Under the pieces are notes generated by a model. It saw only the letters and a list, made by a program, of their open reading frames with translations. It ran no database searches and was not told where the DNA came from. The translations under genes were made by a program, and so were the position numbers. Shown here in pieces: positions 21,201-28,712 of a stretch of 64,000 nt of DNA (its first letter is position 1; the number at the start of each line of letters is the position of its first letter). Origin of the DNA: Flavobacteriaceae bacterium (GTDB lineage Bacteria > Bacteroidota > Bacteroidia > Flavobacteriales > Flavobacteriaceae); contig CBFIBH010000002.1 of NCBI GenBank assembly GCA_965660845.1, forward strand, positions 290,631-354,630. Reading direction: 5' to 3'.

Positions 21201-22330
21201 TAAACTGAAGACTGTTCTATGAAATCATTTGAACCATTGGAGTTCTGATTTACATAAAATTTATTTTCTTGTGAGTTGTTTTTGAAACCATTAGTTATAA
21301 ATATATCCTGATAACCATTGTTGTCAAAGTCCCAAAATTTGGTATCCCAAGACCAACCTGAGTCTGAAATCCCTAAAGCTGCTGAGTTATTTACATAACC
21401 TCCACCGACTTTTTCAAATAATTTATTGTCTCCTATTGTAGTAACAAAAAGCTCAAAGCTCTCATTATTATCATAGTCTGCTATGTCTATTCCCATAGCG
21501 TTGTTAGCATTATTTATATTAAAAAGTCCTGAAGTCTCAGAATAAACTTGTCCATTAGTATTACTTGTGAATAATCTATTGTCGCCTCCGTGGTCATTTA
21601 CATTATATATATCTAATAAGCCATCGTTATTAAAATCAAATGGAATTGACATAAAAGTAAAATCGTTTTCATTTGATGGAATTAATTGATTCGTAACGTC
21701 TGTAAAAGTTCCATTTCCATTGTTCTTATATAATTTATTTCCACTACAGGAAGATCTATAATCTGAAGTATATATATCTAAAAAACCGTCATTATTATAG
21801 TCAAACCAAGCTGAACTAGAATTAAAACACATATTAAGAACCTCAAATCCGGCTTCAACTGTTACGTTAGTAAAAGTGTTATTTCCATTATTTTTAAATA
21901 ATTGTAGTCTGTATGCATTTGTTAAGAAGAGATCAGGATCACCATCATTATCATAATCTCCCCATGAAGCTCCATATTTATAACCTTCATAAGAAAAATT
22001 ATCTCGATAATTTGGATCGTCTGTATGATTATCCTCATAAGGGTGAAGATTTCCTAAACCTGCAGAGATAGTTATGTCTGTGTAAGTACCGTCATTATTG
22101 TTTATAAACAATCTACTATGAGTTGTTTCATCCCCAGTGAGATCTTTAAATCTAGCAACTACAAATAAGTCAATATCATAATCACCATCAATATCTGCAG
22201 CAGCAACACCATGATTTTTTGACAAATTATTAATACCAGCTAAGGTTTCAATTCTTTGAAAAGTCTGTGAAGTCACAACAGAACAAAAACAAATAAATAT
22301 TGTCGAAAAAAATAAAATTTTAAACTTCAT
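18296..22330 (-). CDS. T9SS-secreted FG-GAP/ASPIC-UnbV + vanadium-dependent haloperoxidase fusion protein
   Basis: Signal peptide; repeated DxDxDGDxDLF; ASPIC-like NGVGSIVTV..LHFGL; K-x6-RP (KGWYDYIRP), PPFAGYVSGHS, SRIWGGIH; CTD TIHPNPIK..LATGVYILKI. Confidence 0.85.
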   Translation of the reverse strand: MKFKILFFSTIFICFCSVVTSQTFQRIETLAGINNLSKNHGVAAADIDGDYDIDLFVVARFKDLTGDETTHSRLFINNNDGTYTDITISAGLGNLHPYEDNHTDDPNYRDNFSYEGYKYGASWGDYDNDGDPDLFLTNAYRLQLFKNNGNNTFTNVTVEAGFEVLNMCFNSSSAWFDYNNDGFLDIYTSDYRSSCSGNKLYKNNGNGTFTDVTNQLIPSNENDFTFMSIPFDFNNDGLLDIYNVNDHGGDNRLFTSNTNGQVYSETSGLFNINNANNAMGIDIADYDNNESFELFVTTIGDNKLFEKVGGGYVNNSAALGISDSGWSWDTKFWDFDNNGYQDIFITNGFKNNSQENKFYVNQNSNGSNDFIEQSSVYGLNHEGYSASSVTFDFDNDGDLDLFVTNIFEPPLFYENKTIFNNQPIDKNWVKIYLSGVTSNKNGVGSIVTVKTDNHTIKRYNTGIGLYSQNILPLHFGLNSSNNINSIEVEWPNGVKEIHENIDVNKHFEITEGAGITELNISPSIKIPGCTDENACNYNSSASVNDGSCTYLAPNQITGPDSSYFLSTDSYTYTSDRNSTFNWSVTGGEILSGQGTKSLTVMWGVEQQGQVRLVETEDCVTEPITVNVDLSYNPNSENFSVARIWNEILLQAIRNDFARPTVHARNLFHTSLAMYDIWAIHNDDANTYLIGNSVHGFTNVFSNFQPQDEINESINKALSYAVYRLLKHRFQNSPGYESTLFRMNLYMNQLGYDIDFTDEDYTTGDSASLGNFVAQSIINYGLQDGSNEVSDYNNLYYSPINEPLITNLSGISTDIDPNRWQPLSFNSFIDQSGNVIGTTTPDFLSPEWGNVLPFSLTDSDNTTYTRDGDDYHVYVDPGSPPLLEILDPLSQSSESYKWGFSLVSYWSAHLDPSDNEIWDISPRSIGDIDLSNLPTNFSDHPNFYKEFLGGDIGNGRVINPITNQPYQEQLVPRGDYTRVLAEFWADGPDSETPPGHWYTILNHVNDHPDLVKKIGGQGNVLSNLEWDIKTYFTLGAAMHDSAISAWSIKGWYDYIRPISAIRYMCALGQSSDPELPSYNEKGIPLVDGYVELIEEGDPLQGSNGGNIGKIKLKAWKGHAIIDNPNIDIAGVDWILGEAWVPYQRPSFVTPPFAGYVSGHSTYSRAAAEILTNLTGSEYFPGGMGEFTAKKNEFLVFEEGPSMDVILQWATYRDASDQCSLSRIWGGIHPPADDIPGRIIGEYIGNKAFDRALEYFNGTALNLNQESLLNTTIHPNPIKSGELLTINTKNKIKELTLFDIRGSEILKRNLDIRREESAITIKIPDNLATGVYILKIDNYSKKIIID

Positions 22331-22417
22331 TTCTGTCAATTTCGAAATTGATTATAGGTTCATAATTGAGCACCAATATAATTTATATTTTGGTTAAAAA
22401 AAAGGTTTCTATACAGA

Positions 22418-22448
22418 CTTGAAAATTCAATACTTGTTGTTAATTTTG
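22418..22448 (+). promoter_or_regulatory. Bacteroidota sigma-A promoter of uvrA
   Basis: CTTG (-33, 3/4 match) - 19 nt - TAATTTTG (-7). Confidence 0.6.
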
Positions 22449-22468
22449 TCATCTACTTAAAATTCTGA

Positions 22469-25258
22469 ATGATAAAAGATTTACAAACCATAAACCCAAA
22501 AGAAAACATCATTATTAAAGGTGCAAAACTGCACAATTTAAAGGACATTGATGTTGTAATTCCAAGAAATAAATTAATCGTTATTACAGGTTTATCAGGT
22601 TCTGGGAAATCATCTTTAGCTTTTGATACTTTATATGCAGAAGGTCAAAGACGATATGTAGAAAGTCTTTCATCTTACGCAAGACAGTTTTTAGGTAAAT
22701 TACACAAACCAAAAGTAGATTATATCAAAGGTATTGCTCCTGCAATTGCTATAGAACAAAAAGTAAATTCAACAAACCCAAGATCTACTGTTGGAACCTC
22801 AACAGAAATTTACGACTACATAAAATTACTATATGCAAGAATAGGTAAGACCTACTCTCCTATTTCAGGTAAACTTGTAAAGAAACATTCAGTAAATGAT
22901 ATGGTTACTCACATAAAAACTTACAAAGAAAGAACCAAACTTCTTTTATTATCTCCCATAGAAATTGATGCTAACAAGAGTATTGAAGCTGTTTTAAACG
23001 TTTTATCACAACAAGGATATGCTAGATTAAAGTATAAAGAGAAGATTGTAAGGATTGAAGACTTTAATAAAGAAGAATATAAAAATGACTCTTTATTTTT
23101 AGTGATAGATCGTGTTATTGTTCAACACAACGAAGACTTTTTTAATCGATTGGGTGATTCAGTGCAAACTGCTTTCTTTGAAGGAAAAGGTATTTGTATT
23201 GTAGAAGACTTAGAACACAATACAGCAACTCAATTCAGTAATAAATTTGAACTAGATGGTATTTCATTTTTAGAACCCAATACTCATCTGTTTAGCTTTA
23301 ACAATCCTTATGGAGCTTGCTCAAAATGTGAAGGTTATGGAAATGTAATAGGAATTGATAATGACTTGGTAATTCCTAATACTGGCTTATCTATTTATGA
23401 TGATGCAATTTTTCCCTTTAGGACAGATTCTTACAAGCATTATAAAGATGACTTAATCGCAAATGCCTACAAATTTGATATTCCAATTCACAAACCTTGG
23501 TTTGAATTAACAGATAAACAAAAAGATTTGGTTTGGGAGGGAAACAAAAGCTTTAAGGGAATCAACGATTTATTTCAAAAACTTCAAGAAAAGAGTTATA
23601 AAATTCAGAATAGAGTGATGCTGTCTCGTTACAGAGGAAAAACAAAATGTACAGAATGTAACGGTAAAAGACTCAGAAAAGAAACCAATTATATAAAAAT
23701 TGGAAATAAAAATATTTCTGACTTGGTTACAATGTCTCTAGATGAACTAGCTGTATTTTTTAAAAATCTAGAACTAAATTCTTACGATGCTGAAATTGGA
23801 AAAAGGTTATTAAAAGAAATTAATACAAGACTACAATTTCTACAAAATGTTGGCTTAACCTATTTAACCTTAAATAGAACTTCTAATACACTTTCAGGTG
23901 GAGAAAGTCAGCGTATTAATTTGGCAACTTCTCTTTGTAGTAGTTTAGTAGGTTCAATGTATATACTAGATGAGCCTAGTATCGGTTTGCATCCAAAAGA
24001 TACCGAAAGACTTATAGGAGTTTTAAAAAACTTACGTGATTTAGGAAATACGGTCATCGTTGTAGAACACGACGAAGACATAATGAAAGAAGCAGATTAT
24101 ATAATTGATATTGGACCTGAAGCTGGTACTTATGGAGGAAAAGTCGTAGCTGAAGGAAACTATAAACATATACTATCAACCGATTCTTTAACAGCTAAAT
24201 ACTTACGAAAAGAATTGAAAATCGAAATTCCAAAGTCAAGAAGGAATTTTACAAATCACATTAAAATTGAAGGTGCAAGAGAGCATAATTTAAAAAATAT
24301 TGATGTTACTATACCTCTTAATAATTTAACAGTAATCACAGGTATATCTGGAAGTGGAAAAAGCACTTTAGTTAAAAAAATATTGTATCCAGCTCTACAA
24401 AAAAAATTAGTGGGTTATGGAGAAAAATTGGGTCAGCATACAAGTGTTTCTGGTAGCTTTGATAAACTAAAACATGTTGAGTTTATTGATCAGAATCCTA
24501 TTGGACGTTCGTCTCGTTCAAATCCTGTTACCTATATCAAAGCTTATGATGACATAAGAAGTTTACTCTCATCACAGAAACTTTCTAAAATTAGAAATTA
24601 TAAGCCTAAACATTTTTCTTTTAACGTTGAAGGTGGTCGTTGTGAAATATGTAAAGGTGAAGGTGAAGTAACCATAGAAATGCAATTTATGGCAGATGTA
24701 CATTTAGAATGTGATACTTGCAAAGGAAAGCGTTTCAAGAAAGAAGTTTTAGAAGTAAAATTTGGAGATAAAAACATCAATGATATTTTGCATCTGACAA
24801 TTGATGATGCTGTTGCTTTTTTTGCAGAGCACGAACAAACAAAAATTGCTCAAAAGCTTAAACCTCTGCAAGATGTTGGATTAGGTTATGTTCAATTAGG
24901 TCAATCTTCCTCGACTCTCTCTGGTGGTGAAGCTCAACGAATAAAACTAGCTTCATTTTTAATCAAAGGAAATACAAAAGATAAAGCCTTATTTATTTTT
25001 GATGAACCAACAACAGGTTTACATTTTCATGATATAAAAAAATTATTAGCATCTTTCAATGCGTTAATAGAAAAAGGTCATTCAATCGTGGTAATTGAAC
25101 ATAATATAGAATTGATAAAATGTGCAGATTATATTATTGATTTAGGCTTAGAAGGTGGTAAAAATGGTGGTAATTTATTGTTTCAAGGAACACCAGAAGA
25201 TTTGATAAAAAACAAAAAATCTTACACAGCTAGTTTTCTTAAAGAAAAACTTATCTAA
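22469..25258 (+). CDS. uvrA: Excinuclease ABC subunit A
   Basis: Two Walker A motifs (GLSGSGKS, GISGSGKS), two LSGGE signatures, Cys zinc fingers. Confidence 0.96.
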   Translation: MIKDLQTINPKENIIIKGAKLHNLKDIDVVIPRNKLIVITGLSGSGKSSLAFDTLYAEGQRRYVESLSSYARQFLGKLHKPKVDYIKGIAPAIAIEQKVNSTNPRSTVGTSTEIYDYIKLLYARIGKTYSPISGKLVKKHSVNDMVTHIKTYKERTKLLLLSPIEIDANKSIEAVLNVLSQQGYARLKYKEKIVRIEDFNKEEYKNDSLFLVIDRVIVQHNEDFFNRLGDSVQTAFFEGKGICIVEDLEHNTATQFSNKFELDGISFLEPNTHLFSFNNPYGACSKCEGYGNVIGIDNDLVIPNTGLSIYDDAIFPFRTDSYKHYKDDLIANAYKFDIPIHKPWFELTDKQKDLVWEGNKSFKGINDLFQKLQEKSYKIQNRVMLSRYRGKTKCTECNGKRLRKETNYIKIGNKNISDLVTMSLDELAVFFKNLELNSYDAEIGKRLLKEINTRLQFLQNVGLTYLTLNRTSNTLSGGESQRINLATSLCSSLVGSMYILDEPSIGLHPKDTERLIGVLKNLRDLGNTVIVVEHDEDIMKEADYIIDIGPEAGTYGGKVVAEGNYKHILSTDSLTAKYLRKELKIEIPKSRRNFTNHIKIEGAREHNLKNIDVTIPLNNLTVITGISGSGKSTLVKKILYPALQKKLVGYGEKLGQHTSVSGSFDKLKHVEFIDQNPIGRSSRSNPVTYIKAYDDIRSLLSSQKLSKIRNYKPKHFSFNVEGGRCEICKGEGEVTIEMQFMADVHLECDTCKGKRFKKEVLEVKFGDKNINDILHLTIDDAVAFFAEHEQTKIAQKLKPLQDVGLGYVQLGQSSSTLSGGEAQRIKLASFLIKGNTKDKALFIFDEPTTGLHFHDIKKLLASFNALIEKGHSIVVIEHNIELIKCADYIIDLGLEGGKNGGNLLFQGTPEDLIKNKKSYTASFLKEKLI

Positions 25259-25289
25259 CGAATTCTAATTCATAACTAACGAATTCTAA
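25255..25289 (+). repeat. Perfect 14-nt direct repeat with 21-bp period (candidate LytTR operator)
   Basis: CTAACGAATTCTAA at 25255-25268 and 25276-25289. Confidence 0.7.
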
Positions 25290-25319
25290 ACTACAGAATA
25301 TAATAGACTAATGTACAGC

Positions 25320-25327
25320 TACATTTG
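25320..25327 (+). promoter_or_regulatory. Sigma-A -7 element of the VIT operon
   Basis: TACATTTG matches TAnnTTTG; no TTTG at the -33 position. Confidence 0.6.
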
Positions 25328-25353
25328 GTGTATAACATCAAAATATTAGCATC

Positions 25354-27510
25354 ATGAAAAAATTCATCCTCATTAGTTTTCTGTTCATATACAGCTATGT
25401 ATCAGGACAAAAAACAGAAAGTCCTTATCTCCAAATTCAAACAAAAGGAGCTATCATTCCACTACAAAGCTCTAATGCCGATGTTGCAATTGTTGGTAAA
25501 ATTGCACATGTAACTCTAACACAAACATATCATAACCAAGGAAAAACTCCTATTGAGGCTAAGTATATATTTCCAATGTCTGCAAAAGCTGCTGTTAATG
25601 ACATGAAAATGAAAATTGGAAACAGGACCATTACAGCAATTGTATACGAAAAGAAAAAAGCTAATAAGGTTTACAAAAAAGCACTCAAAGAAGGAAAAAG
25701 AGCTAGTAAATTAGAGCAACATAGACCCAATGTTTTTCAAATGAATGTTGGCAATATTATGCTTAATGATACAGTAGAAATAAGTATTTCTTACACTGAA
25801 TTGTTAACACCAAAATCAGGTGACTATCAATTTGTTCTTCCAGGAGTTGTAGGACCTAGATTTACCGGAGAAACAAAAAAAAATGAAGACTTTTTTAATA
25901 CTGGATATACTAAAAAAGGATTGAATTCAACTTTTGATTTTAGTTTGAATGCTTGCATAGAGTCTTCGTTAGTACTTCAAAAAGTAAATTCGACATCACA
26001 TCAAATTAAAGTTAACTATCCAGATGCTACCACTGCAGAAATAGTTTTAACAGATGAAAAAAATCCTTCAAACAGAGATTTCATTGTAAACTATTCTATG
26101 AGGGGAAATGAAATTCAAGGAGGATTGCTTCTATATCAAGGAGAAGAAGAAAATTTTTTCTCTTTTATGATTGAGCCTCCAAAGAGTAACATTAAATCAG
26201 AATTACCTCCTAGAGAATATCTCTTTATTGTAGATGTTTCTGGATCTATGATGGGTTATCCGATAGAAGTTGCTAAATCATTAATGCAAAATTTATTAGG
26301 AAATCTAAATCCAGAAGATGCTTTTAATGTGTTACTTTTTTCTGCTGATAATAAAGTATTTAAACAAAAAGCCATTGAAGCTACAGAAACAAATATTAAA
26401 GAAGCATTTCAGTTTTTAAATGGAACTTTTTCTAACTATGGTCAAGGAACTAGACTTTTAAAAGCTCTAAAAAAAGGTTATCAATTACCTAAAAAATTCG
26501 AGGGAACTTCTAGAACAATGATTGTAATAACAGATGGTTATGTAGCATTAGAGAAAGAAGCTTTTCAGATGATTGGTGATAATTTAAACAAGGCCAATGT
26601 GACAACTTTCGGAATTGGAAGCAGTGTAAATAGATATTTAATTGACGGAATCTCTAGAGTTGGAAAAAGCACAAGTTTTATTGCTACAAATAAAACAGAA
26701 GCTTATGAAGTTGCAGAAAAGTTTAGAAAATACATTGCCTCTCCTCTTCTAACTCAAGTTTCGTTTTCAACAAAAGGTTTCAACACCTACGATGTAGAAC
26801 CTAAATCTATTCCAGATGTTTTTGCTGAAAGACCTTTATCAATTCATGGAAAGTTCAAAGGAAAACCCACAGGAGGTATAACCGTTTCTGGTTTTCTAGG
26901 AAAAAAGAAAGTGTCAAAAACCTATCTAGTTAAAAATGGGAGGTTAAGCAAACAAAACAAAGCATTGAAGTATTTATGGGCTCGCAATAAAATTCAAGAA
27001 CTAGGAGATTATTATCAAGCATTTGGAAATGAAAATGATATTAAAAAGCAAATTACAGAATTAGGAATTCAATACAATTTAGCTACTAAGTATACATCAT
27101 TTGTTGCTGTTGATAATGAAGTGATAAATGCTAAAGGAAAATTAAAAAAAGTAAATCAGCCTCTACCACTTCCTCAAAACGTAAACAATACAGCAATTGG
27201 AGCTGAAGCTGGAATAAAAGGAAGATCTATTTATAAAAAAAGTTACAAAGTTTCAGTTGAAGGAAACATTGAAAATTCAAAAGTCAGAGCTATAAAAATA
27301 TGGTTAAAAGGTAGCAAAAGTGTAATGATAAAGAATTGGTTAAAGTTTGGTAACAAAATCCAAATTGAGATAGACAAAAAAGGAAGGATTGTATCTATTA
27401 AAATCGATAAAAATGGAATTTGGAAAAATGTATCAATTCAAAAGTCAGGACTTTATCAGCTACCTAACCATATACAACTGGATAGTAAACTATCTATCAT
27501 TATCAAATAA
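25354..27510 (+). CDS. Exported VIT (inter-alpha-trypsin) + von Willebrand A domain protein
   Basis: Signal peptide; VIT (VTLTQTYHN..PIEAKYIFP..FQMNVGNI); MIDAS DVSGS (D294)..T..TDG; NLATKYTSFVAVD. Confidence 0.9.
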   Translation: MKKFILISFLFIYSYVSGQKTESPYLQIQTKGAIIPLQSSNADVAIVGKIAHVTLTQTYHNQGKTPIEAKYIFPMSAKAAVNDMKMKIGNRTITAIVYEKKKANKVYKKALKEGKRASKLEQHRPNVFQMNVGNIMLNDTVEISISYTELLTPKSGDYQFVLPGVVGPRFTGETKKNEDFFNTGYTKKGLNSTFDFSLNACIESSLVLQKVNSTSHQIKVNYPDATTAEIVLTDEKNPSNRDFIVNYSMRGNEIQGGLLLYQGEEENFFSFMIEPPKSNIKSELPPREYLFIVDVSGSMMGYPIEVAKSLMQNLLGNLNPEDAFNVLLFSADNKVFKQKAIEATETNIKEAFQFLNGTFSNYGQGTRLLKALKKGYQLPKKFEGTSRTMIVITDGYVALEKEAFQMIGDNLNKANVTTFGIGSSVNRYLIDGISRVGKSTSFIATNKTEAYEVAEKFRKYIASPLLTQVSFSTKGFNTYDVEPKSIPDVFAERPLSIHGKFKGKPTGGITVSGFLGKKKVSKTYLVKNGRLSKQNKALKYLWARNKIQELGDYYQAFGNENDIKKQITELGIQYNLATKYTSFVAVDNEVINAKGKLKKVNQPLPLPQNVNNTAIGAEAGIKGRSIYKKSYKVSVEGNIENSKVRAIKIWLKGSKSVMIKNWLKFGNKIQIEIDKKGRIVSIKIDKNGIWKNVSIQKSGLYQLPNHIQLDSKLSIIIK

Positions 27511-27544
27511 GAAAAGTCATTATTAATCTAAAAAACAAAGTATT

Positions 27545-28633
27545 ATGAAAAAAACAATTAAAAAAGCAAGTTTAGTAATGGGAGTATTACTAATTGCTAC
27601 AACATTTACAAACTGCAATAAAAATAAAGTAAAGCAAAATCAGACAATTGCAGCTATAAATACTACAGAAAATGTTGTCCCAGTTATACAAAAAGTTGAA
27701 ACTAGACAGCCAGTAGTTTTTATTACAGGAATAGATAAAGGAAAGAATACTTTTTATAAAAGTGCTCGAAACTATTTTCTAGAAAAAAATTATGAAGTTG
27801 TTGATTATACTTTTTCTATAGAAGAGATTTTAACATGGTTAACTAAAAATCATCAAAATAAAAATTATGGAGATATTCATATTGTTGCACACAGCAATCC
27901 ATGGAGAGGTTTGTCTTTAGAAACTGTAATTAAAGGAGAACGAGTTACAGCAGAATCATTAAGAAAAACCTTAACTCAAGGAAAGTTGCCAGAATTGAAC
28001 AAAGGAATTACAACAAATACCAAGATTGTATTTCATTCTTGTGGTTTAGGTTCTAATAAAGAGCTAATGAATACTTTAAAAGATGCTTTTGTAGGTGATG
28101 AAGTACCTTCTGTAGTTGCATCGCCTTATTACAATGTATTCGGTGGTGAGTTTTCAGATCATTATTTAGCAAAACCTTATTACGTTTTCTATCCAACTGC
28201 ACAATCACCTGGAATGGTAGATTTATCAAAAGAGATTGCGAGAAAATACCCAGAAGAAAAAGATATTGTTTGGTATGATGCTTTAAATAATCAAAAGGAA
28301 AGATATATAGGAGATGTTTATACTTTTAAATTCAATATTCCTATTCAATGGGAATTTGATTATACAAATTCTGATGATACTATTCCTTCATTTAAAATAC
28401 CAGAAGAAATTATGGATTGGATCTCAGAGGACGAGCAATTATCTAAAGTGATGGGGAAATTCAATATTCCGTTAGAGAAGTTTAGATGGAAATCTTATAC
28501 CAAAGGAAACAAGCTAATTATTAAAGGAAAAACAACTGTTGTTTGTGTTTTAAAACCATTAATAAAACCATATGGTGATTTACAACACATTGAACCTGAT
28601 GTTAATAATTTAAGATTGTATGCATTAAGATAA
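27545..28633 (+). CDS. Lipoprotein of unknown function, putative clan-CD-like His/Cys fold
   Basis: Lipobox-like TFTN-C24; IHIVAH116S and IVFHSC166G. Confidence 0.7.
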   Translation: MKKTIKKASLVMGVLLIATTFTNCNKNKVKQNQTIAAINTTENVVPVIQKVETRQPVVFITGIDKGKNTFYKSARNYFLEKNYEVVDYTFSIEEILTWLTKNHQNKNYGDIHIVAHSNPWRGLSLETVIKGERVTAESLRKTLTQGKLPELNKGITTNTKIVFHSCGLGSNKELMNTLKDAFVGDEVPSVVASPYYNVFGGEFSDHYLAKPYYVFYPTAQSPGMVDLSKEIARKYPEEKDIVWYDALNNQKERYIGDVYTFKFNIPIQWEFDYTNSDDTIPSFKIPEEIMDWISEDEQLSKVMGKFNIPLEKFRWKSYTKGNKLIIKGKTTVVCVLKPLIKPYGDLQHIEPDVNNLRLYALR

Positions 28634-28712
28634 TTTTTTGGAATGTTATTTGTTTTAGTTGAGAAAGTAACTGCTTGTGATGAGCAGTTACTTTTATGTA
28701 TGTTTGTTAACC

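Noticed and set aside
23935-23945. UvrA LATSLCSS where LATSLGSS is expected
   Set aside because: Single substitution in an otherwise intact gene; cannot tell variant from error
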